Of a stretch of DNA of 64,000 nt, positions 1-12,002 are shown in pieces. Below the pieces are notes generated by a model. The model was not told where the DNA came from and ran no database searches. It saw nothing but the letters and a program-made list of their open reading frames with translations. How positions within the stretch are numbered: the stretch's first letter is position 1; each line of letters begins with the position of its first letter. This stretch comes from Macrostomum lignano. Taxonomy: Eukaryota. The stretch spans positions 124,001 through 188,000 of the forward strand of contig NIVC01000869.1 in the NCBI GenBank assembly GCA_002269645.1. Direction: 5' to 3'. Both the position numbers and the translations under genes were made by a program.

Positions 1-2448
1 CTTTTTTTGCCAGCATCATTTTGGCTCGTTTTTTACTGTTTTACATTTTCCCAGTGCCAGTAGCTGTACGCTTTTCATTGATTTTTTATGGTCTGCACTT
101 CCTAAGTCCAGTGCAGTTCAAGTATCTGTTTCGGTCTGTTTTTGCTTGCGTATTTAAAAGTAGAAATTAAATGGGGAATATACAATAATTCTACAGACAA
201 TATATTTGATCGGTGATGGGAACCTTAATCAAAAGTTCAAAAGGAAAATTTATAAGAATTTTCAAGTTCTAGCAATTTCAATTTGCAGGTTTCGATCGCC
301 ATATTAAATTTCAGTAAAGATAAATAACCCAGTTGAAATCGTTTCTTTGCCATCAATAATAAATTCCGTCCGTTATCAGTCCGTCAACGGTATGTGTTTT
401 CGATATATATTAAAAATGGTTTAAGTACCGTGTATTCCGTTTATTTTATAAATTAGGCAGATTCATAGCACGTTAAATTTAGTAACTATAAACAGTTTCA
501 ATTTATAACAAAATGTTACTTAAAAACAAAAAAGATTTTAATGAATACTACTAACCAGTAGAAAGATAACTCTAACAAAACAAAAATTACAATTTTGTGA
601 GTTAAATAAACAAACTGTTTGTCTTCGGTATTAATCATTGTCAAAATACCCTTCGAAAAAACAAACAGCATTCTTTCTTGAAATTCAGGGTTACTTGTGG
701 TTTTAAGTCATACATGCGCAACCTCCAAAACTTGGTCGGCCATGCGACTTAGTTTTAACAAAAATGCGACGTAGTTTTTGGCCAAAAATGCGACTTACAT
801 GTAATAAAAACCCTAAAGCAAAATTAACGCAACTTTGGGTAAACGGCAGGAGTACCTGTAACTGTCTTATTAGGTCAAAATGCCTCGTCAGCTACTTAGT
901 AATACTACTTGGGTATTTTTCGGGTGGGTATTTTTGCGACTTCCTTGATTGGCTGCCAAATCGGTCGGCCGGATCGGCCGACTCGGCCGACTGTTGCTCA
1001 TGTATGTTTTAAGTAGAAAAATTATTATATTATTCTTTTATCTTTAGATGTAAAGCATTATTTTCCATGCCACTGAACTTTTATTTTTTGTCAATTTTTT
1101 TACTTCTGTGTTTGAGATTTACCCACAGTATTCTTTGGGTTTAACTAGGAATAAATGATAGATTGCATCGTAATTTGTAACAGTTTGATAACTCTATAAT
1201 TAGAAGCAGGTGTATTTTTAAACTTTATTTAAGATTATACTCCTTAGCTGTTATAAAAATTTGCTTTAATTTATTCTAGGGCCCTATGTTATTTTGTTTA
1301 ACTTGGTTTCAATTCCAAGAAATTGATGAATTTGTCATATTCAAATGGTAAAGTCTTACAGATTGGACAAGTTGTCATCATCATATGATAATTTATAATA
1401 GGCCCTATGAAAATTTCAACCATACCCTACTACACTACTGCTGTAAACTATGCCAATATTAGGCTGATTTTATGCTACATATTATTTGCCAAAATCTCTA
1501 TATATTATCTATAATATAATTGGGAAAGTCATTTTGTCCAATCCTTTTATTTGCAATCAAATTGCTTAATTTGATAATTCAGTCATTGATTGTGGCAGTC
1601 AATTATTGTGAACCCTTCTTTGAATCATTATACAATCAGCAATAATAAATAGATCTATTCTTAAAAAATGTATAATATCCTATTATTAGTCAATTCTACC
1701 TGTCATATCCTACTATCCATTAACTATTAACTAAAATAATAAATAATAATAATAATAATAATAAATAATAAATAATAATATAATAAAAAGTATTTTCTAG
1801 AAAAATGTTGTATATCTTGCGTCTTGAATGGCTTACTTTCTTGATTCTAATGTGACATTATTGTATATCAATTTAAATCAATAATTAACAATGTTGAAGA
1901 TAATTTATCCATAAATTAGAGCTGCGAATTTTAAAGAAATCTGAATTTCTTATTAAGATATATAATTTAACCATTAATGCTTCTGTCTGAACTGAATAAG
2001 ACTATAGTTTTCTAAAATAAAACATAACACTTTATGCATGCCATAGGTCCTACCGACCGTACCCTTCTTGTAATGTCAGCAGTGATATGTTGCTCCAGAC
2101 TAATGTCGTGGCTATAAAAAGATCAACGTTAAATAAAGGTTATGATTAATACTAGGGGCACTTATTATAAAAGGGGCATGACATTTTCAAACGAGCTAAT
2201 GCTCAACAAATCGTACTTGCTTTTGTTGATTTCACGACAAGTGGCTGGCTAAATCTGTTTTGCTGACTCGACATGTTTTTTCATAGAAATAACGATTTTA
2301 AAAGGGTCAACACGGACAAAATCAACGCGAAAATTAGAGATATCGTAGCAAATTTGTAGTCATGCAAATTTTTATGAAGTTATGAGGACTCGGTAATCTA
2401 TGGTAATTAAATTGTAGAAAATAAAATGAAACGCCTTTTAGATATACT

Positions 2449-2570
2449 GGGCCCGTTTTATAAAGCCATCGTAAGATAAGATCGTTCTTAGCTCCTATCT
2501 CCGCAGCGTAAAAGTTCCGACGTACGATCGAACTTACGTTACGATTACGACAGCTGTATAGAACGACCCC
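2449..2570. mobile_element. Small MITE (PIF/Harbinger-like), 122 bp
   Basis: Imperfect TIRs GGGCCCGTTTTATAAAGCCATCGTAA (left) versus reverse complement of the right end GGGGTCGTTCTATACAGCTGTCGTAA; flanked both sides by 3-bp ACT (putative TSD). Confidence 0.6.
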
Positions 2571-3774
2571 ACTGTCTCTAGTTTCTTATTTTCTGAATGG
2601 TACAAGTAATATGGCTGCAACAGAGCACCATAGGAAAGCCGGCTAACTAGCTACTTAGTAGCGAATTCTATTTTGTCAGCAACTTCATTTGTCGACGAAA
2701 CTGCCCAATATTCGCTGGCAGTGAATTTTAAACGACCTAAATCTACGTGTAGTAATCCGTGGTACTCATCGATGCAACCGATTTGCAAGTAAAAACGGAA
2801 CTCGGCTGGCTTTTAGTATTTAATTTTAAAAGTGCAAAAATAGAAAAAAAGAAAAATTTGTACAAAAACCAGAAAGAAGTCTTCAGAAAGACTATTTAGG
2901 ATATTCTCTGTCAACTTCAAGCATATGTCAGCTTTCACACCTTAAACCAGAAATAAATTACGTGTACACTAAAGAGTACATTACAAGCACAATAATATTG
3001 TTGGGACGCAGCTTACAATTAATTGTCTCTGCACAATGCTAATGATGAGCTCCAGTAGTGAACCTATTACATGGAGCACAAATATATGTAGTCAATACAT
3101 ATATAAAATGCCAAGACTGAGGAATTCAGAATTTTAGAAACGTGATCAGTCCGTCCCGTTCCGAATTTTCTCATGTAAAATGAGAAAAAACAGAAGCACA
3201 CTGCTAATAGCGCCCACTGCTAATACCTGACTGTCACTAGCGCCCACAGGAAATGGTTGTCGTTACGACTCGTAATCTCGTAAGTTTTTACTAGAGTATC
3301 GCAATCGTTACATCGCGGTGATATTTTGCCAGGTATTCGCCACGACTTTTGCTTAACTGAGGCATTTTTGTTCAGCTAATCGCTCTTTAGGGACAATAAA
3401 TACGTCAGTACGAACCTAAAAATAGCTGTACCAACTTAAGTTGACGGTACACGTCGTAGTTTATGCACATGTACATTTAAGTTGTTTGTAGCACTTTCAA
3501 TATGTTAGATAATAAAATATTTTCAGCCAGGAATGACACAAAAACAGCTCAAGCAGTGGCACAATATTTCAGAGATGCCCCTTCACTAAGAGAATGCATT
3601 TAAAACTGTGACTCAGATGTGAACCGTGAACAGTGATTGCAATCGATCGGGTGAATGGCTGATATAATGTCGAATCTCCCATGAAAGTTCAACTCGAAAA
3701 TCTCTAACAAATCCCCATTTCTGCAGATGGGCAACGGACATAAGCCAAGTAATCCCGAGTACCCACAAATACAT

Positions 3775-4680
3775 AACTTACTTTGACTCAGCTGCAGGGT
3801 GGTCCGTACGCTCGTAGACACAGCGGGGAGGCGAGGGTCGTCGCCCATTCCGCTAGCCTCTGAAGGCCCGCAGACAGGCAGAGGCGTGGGGCTGGTCAGG
3901 GTAGTCCGCCGGTCCGTCCTGCAGCGTGATCTTCCGTGGGGAAGAAAGTGGCTCGTCTTGTCGCCCGAAGGAACTGGATGAGCCGTGGGATGTTGTCGAG
4001 CTAGCAGACCTCGTCAATGGACGGGTTTGGCCCGAGGTAGCGTAGCCGGTCTCTGGTAAAGAAAGGGCAGTGACAAACAAAGTGCTGAGCATCTTCATTG
4101 TCGTACTCGCAAAAAGGGACAGAGTTCGCTCTCGAGGCCGCCTCAGAGGAAGCAGGGTTTGGCGAGGTAGCCATGGCCGGTAAATGTCATGACGAGGGCT
4201 CAAATATCCTTCCGATTTTGGTTCAGAAGGACGTTTCTGAGCCTGCGGGAGGGGCACGAAACTGCGGCAGAGATTTTCGGCAGTTTTGGGTGCCCGCTCA
4301 TCTGTCCCTGTGGAGGGAGTCAGTCCAGTCATCGATCTGACGATTGATGACCGTCGAAGGGATAGGGACCAGGGGGCAGGGCCAAAGAAAGGGCCAGATC
4401 CGCCCCTCTTGGCGAGGGTGTCTGCCAGCTCGTTCCCCGGAAACCCTGCGTGCCCTGGGATCCACTTCAGCCTCACAGTATTGCTACTGGCCATGAGGTT
4501 GAGCTGCCGGGTGCAGTTATACAACATAATTAACGACAGGTTGAAATGCTGCTTAGCTATCGTCAAGCCACACATGTCTGCCTCTCCATCCAATACAAAT
4601 GTGTTGCTCTATCTTCCCAGCTGCATCTGCACCTGAAGTTTTCTTCCACCCAATAAAAGTTGCCATTTAATACGGGACAA
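3775..4680 (-). mobile_element. 5'-truncated, degenerate non-LTR retrotransposon (RNase H plus C-terminal zinc knuckle plus 3' UTR)
   Basis: Minus ORF 3853-4593 has the RNase H motif LKWIPGHAGFPGNELADTLAKRG. Frameshifted continuation gives TGHGYL, CPF/CEYDNEDAQHFVCHCP and LDNIPRLIQFLR, typical of LINE ORF2 C-termini. In-frame stops and frameshifts present; ends approximate. Confidence 0.8.
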
Positions 4681-4794
4681 TCCACTGTTACGAGGAGGAA
4701 GTGATCGCCATATATATACTCGCATTATCGCTGCCGGATTAATAAATTTGCAGCAGCAAAAATTGTACTTATTGACAGAACCAGCAGCAAGAAG

Positions 4795-7318
4795 ATGGCG
4801 CAGGCTACAACGTTCTACACATCCCGGATTCTCATTTTGCTCGTCATTGCTCCGATTCTAGCCATAGCCAGACTACCTTGCCCCAGATCCACTCAAGACT
4901 CGGCACTCTTGCAGGTGCACAGACAGTTATTGCCAAAGCAGCATCTGCAGCAGCACTGCATCCAGCAACGATGGCAAAAGTCATGCGACATCTTCCTGCC
5001 GCCGAGATCAGCTGAGTCAGCTGTCGGTGCGACCGCTCGCCTGAACTGCAGCGCTGAGTTGGCTGGGGTCAGGCCGCTCAGACAATTGCACCTCCGCTTT
5101 GTCTTCGGCTCGGCTGCAGGCCTATGGCGGGCGCCGGGCGGCGGGTCCTGCGGCCGGCTTCAGCGGCTCCGAATCCGGGGCTGGCGCTCCTCAGAGGGCC
5201 TGTCAGCCACGCAGATGCTGGGCCTCACGAGTTTGAGAAGTCTCAGCATACATGATTCACAGGTAATTAATTCGTTGTGGACTGCTATTGTACGAACTAT
5301 TTAAATCCGCAGCTGCACTTGAAGCTACAGCTAGTAAATAAATAAACAATCTTCGAACAACTCTCCGGTACATACTCCGAGAGTCAGACATTATTTTTAA
5401 AGTCAACCAAATCACACTTCAGATTGGCACTCTGGGTCCTGGTCTCCTCGTAGCCTCCGGTGGCCGCCTATCTGAGCTTCAGCTCACTGGCAGCGGCATT
5501 CAGATGCTCAGCCCGATGTCCCTGACACCTTGTCGAGGCCTGAAGACCCTCGACCTGTCCGACAATCGGCTGACTCACCTGCCTGACGAGTTGCTTATCG
5601 ATTGCACTGAGCTCGTCGAGTTGCGCCTCTCGGCGAATCGGCTGAAAATGCTGCCGTCCAGGCTGCTGACTGCCGTGGTGGCTCTGCAGCGACTGGAGCT
5701 TCAGCAGAACCGGCTGCACAGGATCCGAGCTGTGGCCAGAGGGTCGGCTTTGTCAAGCAACCGGCGTCTCGAGCTGATCGATTTGCGAAGAAATCCGATC
5801 GAGCTGGGCCAGCCCGACAGGTGAGTCGTCAGATCACTTGATGATGCTGCTGATGATGCTGCTAATGATGCTGCTACTGATGATGATGCTGATGATGATG
5901 ATGCTACTGATGATGATGCTACTGATAATGCTACTGATGATGCTACTGATGATGCTACTGATGATGCTACTGATGATGCTACTGATGATGCTACTGATGA
6001 TGCTACTGATAATGATGCTACTGATGATGATGCTACTGATGATGATGCTACTGATAATGCTACTGCATGGTGATGCTATTGATGATGCTACTGATGATGC
6101 TACTGATAATGCTACTGATGATGATGCTACTGATGATGATGCTACTGATGATGATGCTACTGATGATGCTACTGATGATGATGCTACTGATGATGATGCT
6201 ATTGATGATGGTGCTACTGATGATGCTACTGATGATGCTGCTACTGATGATGCTTACTAGTGATGCTACTGATGATGCTACTGATGATGATGCTACTGAT
6301 GATGATGCTACTGATGATTATGCTACTGATGGTTATGCTACTGATGATGATGCTACTGATGATGATGCTACTGATGATGCTACTGATGATGATGCTACTG
6401 ATGATGATGCTATTGATGATGGTGCTACTGATGATGCTACTGATGATGCTGCTACTGATGATGCTTACTAGTGATGCTACTGATGATGCTACTGATGATG
6501 CTACTGATGATGCTACTAATGATGCTACTGGTGATGCTACTGGTGATGCTACTGATGATGCTACTGGTGATGCTACTGATGATGCTACTGATGATACTAC
6601 TGATGATGCTACTGACGTGATGCTACTGATGATGCTATTGGTGATGCTACTGATGATGCTACTGGTGATGCTACTGATGATGCTACTGGTGATGCTACTG
6701 GTGATGCTATTGGTGATGCTACTGATGATGCTACTGGTGATGCTACTGATGATGCTACTGGTGATGCTACTGGTGATGCTACTGATGATGCTATTGGTGA
6801 TGCTACTGATGATGCTATTGGTGATGCTACTGATGATGCTATTGGTGATGCTACTGATTTCATGCGACTCGAGCAATGGGTAGCCAAAGCCCATGAAAAT
6901 CAACTCCAGCCTGCAGGAAGCGTCCTTCTGCGGCCCGGCTAACGTCACGGTGATGTTGGACGGGCCATCGACATGTTCAGCGGAATCTGCCGCGGCCGTG
7001 TTGAACTGCCAGTTGACATCAGCCGCAGGCGGGAGCAGCTGCTTGGGCCGCTCAGCCCGACTCCTCATCGCATTCGCTGCCTGCAGTCGGCTCTTTGAAG
7101 CCGCGGACACCTGTCCTGCAGACTCGGCTACTGCAGGCTCCGTGGCAGCGCCAGGAGCTGGCAGGAACCCGCCTGCTGAAGGAGCAGCTCCGGCCGCCCG
7201 CCAGAGAGAGTCGGCAGCCGCGGCTGGCATTGTCGGCCGGGCTTCAACAGCCGCAGTGACTTTGGCAGCCTTGGAACTGCTGTTGATGTTTGACTGGACT
7301 GACTGGCTGATGGACTGA
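4795..7318 (+). CDS. Leucine-rich-repeat protein with N-terminal signal peptide and hydrophobic C-terminus (3 exons)
   Basis: Exons 4795-5262 (CAG|GTAATT), 5423-5820 (TTCAG|, AG|GTGAGT), 6910-7318 (CTCCAG|, phase-2 compatible, tentative). LRR units LKTLDLSDNRLTHLP, LVELRLSANRLKMLP, LQRLELQQNRLHRI, LELIDLRRNPI; N-terminus ILILLVIAPILAIA. Confidence 0.75.
5838..6858. repeat. Low-complexity GAT/GCT/ACT triplet-based minisatellite (core GATGATGCTACT) in LRR intron 2
   Basis: Visible directly; gives artefactual poly-M/L, DDAT and ISS ORFs; contains a 211-bp block duplication. Confidence 0.95.
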
Positions 7319-8823
7319 AGCCCAAAATTCAGGCATCGGTTTGAGGGTTCGGGTTGGGAGACGCAGAACCTGAAAGGTAAAACGCTCTGAAGCCGGAAGC
7401 TTGAAGCCTGATCCCTGATTTGCAACAATCAGTTCGCAATCGCTACAACATGCTCTGGAAAGCCATGAAGATTCACAAATCTAATGGGTTTTAAAACTTG
7501 CAAAATGCAGCTTTAGTCTGGATGTGGTTTCAAAATGTAACTTTTTGATTTTTCCCGACGACTGCAAGGAAACTTGAATGCTCGGGTGCAGAAGAGCCGG
7601 ATGAAGGCATCTGCGCAGTGAGTTGAAGGCTGAAAGATTTCGGCTTCCGAATTTACAGGCAATTTTGATTCGAAAAACATTCGATGAAATGTTTCTAATC
7701 CTACCGGCTAGAGAATACCAAACACTGTATCGAATCTAAGGGCTTTGATCAGTACCTGTACCAGCCAAGAAACTGTCTGTCAAAGTTGTCAGATCACATT
7801 AATAAGCAACTAAATTCGATCTGATCTTCCGAGTTTATTGACAAATTGTCGTTAAAGATCTAGAATTTTCAGTGTAAAAAAGTCGTTCTACTCGTAAAGT
7901 CTGGCGATTTTTGACCCCTACAATGAAGAAAGGCGCAAACGCTGCGCTTTATCGACTTTGCCAGCTGTGACCAACCCAGTGTAAAAAGTTAAGAAAACAA
8001 AGAATCAAAGATCATTTTTCTCACTAATTGTATTGACCAGCTTTAAACTGCATCTGGATAGGGCACAGGCGAGGCAATGGCGAAGGAGTAGAAGCTGAAC
8101 GATGCGCTTTATCGTCATCCATCATCTTCCAAGACAGAATACTGTAGCCAAGATGACATATAAAATTTCGCAGTTGCCCCCATCGAGAGGACGGCTGGAA
8201 ACAAAAAAAACAGTAAGGGAAAAAGTGAGCCAAGTGCGATTCGCTGTCGGCTGCGGCTTTCCCTCGGCCAGCTGCCGTCTCGGGTCAGCTAGATTCCTGC
8301 GCAAATCCGCAGCTCCCATGCTGCTTGGGGGGGGGGATTTCTGCGCTCCAGTTTCCGGTCGCAGGGGTCGCAGTCTGCGATCGAGTGCTTTACGGCATGG
8401 CTTGCGGCGAAGCTGATGGGTGTAGCAAAGCGCCACCCGTTGCTGCCAATGTACTGCAGGGAATTCAGGCTTCAATTGAGCTGGCAGAGCCAATTGTGTT
8501 CCGCATCTCCCAGCTCACACACGGTCAAAGTTCTATTTACAGTAGACAATCTTTGAGCAACCTTTTGGACCCACTGCTCGGATAAGAAATTCATCAATCG
8601 CTATTCCTTTCTCGCTACTCGCTAGTAGGCTAGCTGTAATCTGATTATGCTGAAGCTCATTGCCAAACTCTGATGGCAGAGCTCGGCGGTAACTCACGCC
8701 ACCCCGACCTGGGCTTGATTCGGCAATTATATGCGCGCTGAAGCTATTCCCGATTATGAGGGGCTGCCCCCAAGGCTCAGAGTGTGCGTGCACTACGATG
8801 AGGGAGTAGCCAGCCAGCTGCAC

Positions 8824-9820
8824 TCTGACCTTCAGGTCACAATTTTCCCTTAGATATTCCCAAATCTCGCAAATCTGACTTTCAGGTCACAATCTCCTGT
8901 TAGATATTCCCAAATCTCGCAAATCTGACCTTCAGGTCACAATCTCCTCTTAGATATTCCCAAATCTCGCAAATCTGACCTTCAGGTCACAATCTCCTCT
9001 TAGATATTCCCAAATCTCGCAAATCTGACTTTCAGGTCACAATCTCCTCTTAGATATTCCCAAATCTCGCAAATCTGACTTTCAGGTCACAATCTCCTCT
9101 TAGATATTCTCAAATCTCGCAAATCTGACTTTCAGGTCACAATCTTCTCTTAGATATTCCCAAATTTCGCAAATCCGACTTTCAGGTCACAATCTTCTCT
9201 TAGATATTCCCAAATCTCGCAAATCTGACTTTCAGGTCACAATCTTCTCTTAGATATTCCCAAATTTCGCAAATCTGACTTTCAGGCCACAATATCCTCT
9301 TAGATATTCCCAAATCTCGCAAATCTGACCTTCAGGTCACAATATCCTCTTAGATATTCTCAAATCTCGCAAATCTGACCTTCAGGTCACAATATCCTCT
9401 TAGATATTCTCAAATCTCGCAAATCTAACCTTCAGGTCACAATATCCTCTTAGATATTCCCAAATCTCGCAAATCTGACTTTCAGGTCACAATATCCTCT
9501 TAGATATTCCCAAATTTCGCAAACCCGACTTTCAGGTCACAATCTTCTCTTAGATATTCTCAAATCTCGCAAATCTGACTTTCAGGTCACAATCTTCTCT
9601 TAGATATTCCCAAATTTCGCAAATCCGACTTTCAGGCCACAATATCCTCTTAGATATTCCCAAATCTCGCAAATCTGACTTTCAGGTCACAATATTCTCT
9701 TAGATATTCCCAAATCTCGCAAATCTGACCTTCAGGTCACAATCTTCTCTTAGATATTCTCAAATCTCGCTAATCTGACCTTTAGGTCACAATCTTCTCT
9801 TAGATATTCTCAAATCTCGC
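8824..9820. repeat. 50-bp minisatellite, about 20 copies
   Basis: Unit CTGACCTTCAGGTCACAATCTCCTCTTAGATATTCCCAAATCTCGCAAAT. Confidence 0.97.
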
Positions 9821-10518
9821 AGCACAATAACGTAAGCCAGTGGGTGCCCCGACTGACACTGGGTCTGCAGAGAAGTGACAAAGACACGAAAAGTCCATGA
9901 TGGGCTGAGCGATTCAACTGGTACAACAAAGCCTGAAGACTGCGTCTATTCTAAGCAATTGGATTCAAGTCGCCAGGTCCAGGTTCAGTGCGAGGCCCCG
10001 CGCTCAGGAAGAGCAGTCTGGCGGGCCTGTTATGATTAATGAGACGGCTCGCAGCTGAAGGAAAAAGCGGGAGAAAACAACAGATAAAATTGCATTGATT
10101 GACAGGCGACTCAGCTTAGGGAAGCAGCAAAAAAGACAAGCTAGAAACAGGAAACACAGCTGGAACAACACCTGGAGCGGTAAAACTGGAATGCCGATAA
10201 ACGTTGCTGCAGCGCGGTTAGAGCGGATTAGCTAAAGCCGGAATTCGTAAAGCGGAAGATAAACGAGACAAATAAGATGCGATGCAGCGCAGAGGCTGCA
10301 TTAGACTAGAAAAAGTAACAGATTGCAAATTAACAAATAAATTGTTCCTAACAGCAAAATCCATAGGTTCTATTCGTCATAAATCTATGACAAAATTGGG
10401 GATGTATTTTTATATTGCTATTACTTCAATATCGCTTTGTGTTGTCCTATATAATAAGAGGTGAAAATCCTCCCTGACAATGTCCTTCATTTATCTACGA
10501 GCATTTTGGCTTCTCAGT

Positions 10519-11276
10519 AACAATAAGTTATCTATGTATTAAGGAGCGGAATTCCCCCTGACAATAAGTTATCTGTATAATAGGGACGGAATCCCTCTGA
10601 CAATAAGTTATCTGTATAATAGGGACGGAATCCCTCTGACAATAAGTTATCTGTATAATAGGGACAGAATTCCCCCTGACAATAAGTTATCTGTATAATA
10701 GGGACGGAATCCCCCTGACAATAAGTTATCTGTATAATAGGGACAGAATTCCCCCTGACAATAAGTTATCTGTATAATAGGGACAGAATTCCCCCTGACA
10801 ATAAGTTATCTGTATAATAGGGACAGAATTCCCCCTGACAATAAGTTATCTGTATAATAGGGACGGAATCCCCCTGACAATAAGTTATCTGTATAATAGG
10901 GACGGAATTCCCCCTGACAATAAGTTATCTGTATAATAGGGACGGAATCCCCCTGACAATAAGTTATCTGTATAATAGGGACGGAATACCCCCTGACAAT
11001 AAGTTATCTGTATAATAGGGACGGAATCCCCCTGACAATAAGTTATCTGTATAATAGGGACGGAATCCCCCTGACAATAAGTTATCTGTATAATAGGGAC
11101 GGAATCCCCCTGACAATAAGTTATCTGTATAATAGGGACGGAATCCCCCTGACAATAAGTTATCTGTATAATAGGGACGGAATACCCCCTGACAATAAGT
11201 TATCTGTATAATAGGGACGGAATCCCCCTGACAATAAGTTATCTGTGTAATAGGGACGGAATTCCCCCTGACAATA
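10519..11276. repeat. 39/40-bp minisatellite, about 18-19 copies
   Basis: Unit ACAATAAGTTATCTGTATAATAGGGACGGAATCCCCCTG. Confidence 0.97.
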
Positions 11277-11620
11277 TGCTTCCGCACCATAATGGATGAT
11301 AGCAGGAACTCCAAATTCCACACTAATGATTCTTCAACGCTCCTATCACTCAGTGCTTAGTCAGGAGCGAGAGTTCATCGACTGTATCCACATACCGGAC
11401 GATTCAAAAATAGTTGAACTGCTTTAACCAAATGAACGCACATTCAATACTGCAGTCAAAGAGGACGCACAAAAACGCGAAAAAATTCGGCCACAACGGA
11501 GGCAATGGTGAGTGATAGATTGGCAGACAATTGTCGGGTGTGGGCTCGAAACGGGAGCAAGTGAAGCGGCAGTGCGGTGCAGGGGGGGGGTCTCCACTCA
11601 GCTGACTCAGCCTCTGCTGT

Positions 11621-12002
11621 GGATCACATGATTTGAGTCACATGATTTGGATCACATAATTTGAATCACATGATTTGGATCACATGATTTGGATCACATG
11701 ATTTGGATCACATAATTTGAATCACATGATTTGGATCACATGATTTGGATCACATGATTTGAATCACACGATTTGGATCACATGATTTGGATCACATGAT
11801 TTGAATCACACGATTTGGATCACATGATTTGGATCACATGACTTGGATCACATGATTTGGATCACATGATTTGAATCACACGATTTGGATCACATGATTT
11901 GGATCACATGACTTGGATCACATGATTTGGATCACATGACTTGGATCACACGATTTGGATCACATTTGAATCACACGACTTGGATCACATGATTTGAATC
12001 AC
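11621..12002. repeat. 14-bp minisatellite, about 27 copies
   Basis: Unit GGATCACATGATTT. Confidence 0.97.

Noticed and set aside
5870-6850. Repeated CTGATGA (hammerhead ribozyme or C/D box core)
   Set aside because: No GAAA partner or flanking stems; explained by the GAT/CT repeat.
5838-7428. Long poly-Met/Leu, DDAT and ISS ORFs (e.g. 6241-7428 minus, 395 aa)
   Set aside because: Triplet-periodic repeat plus the antisense of a GC-rich exon; no domain signal.
8827-9790. Nuclear-receptor everted repeat TGACCT-NN-AGGTCA in each 50-bp unit
   Set aside because: More simply explained as exon end plus donor (CAG|GTCA); many units are mutated to TGACTT; no supporting evidence for binding.
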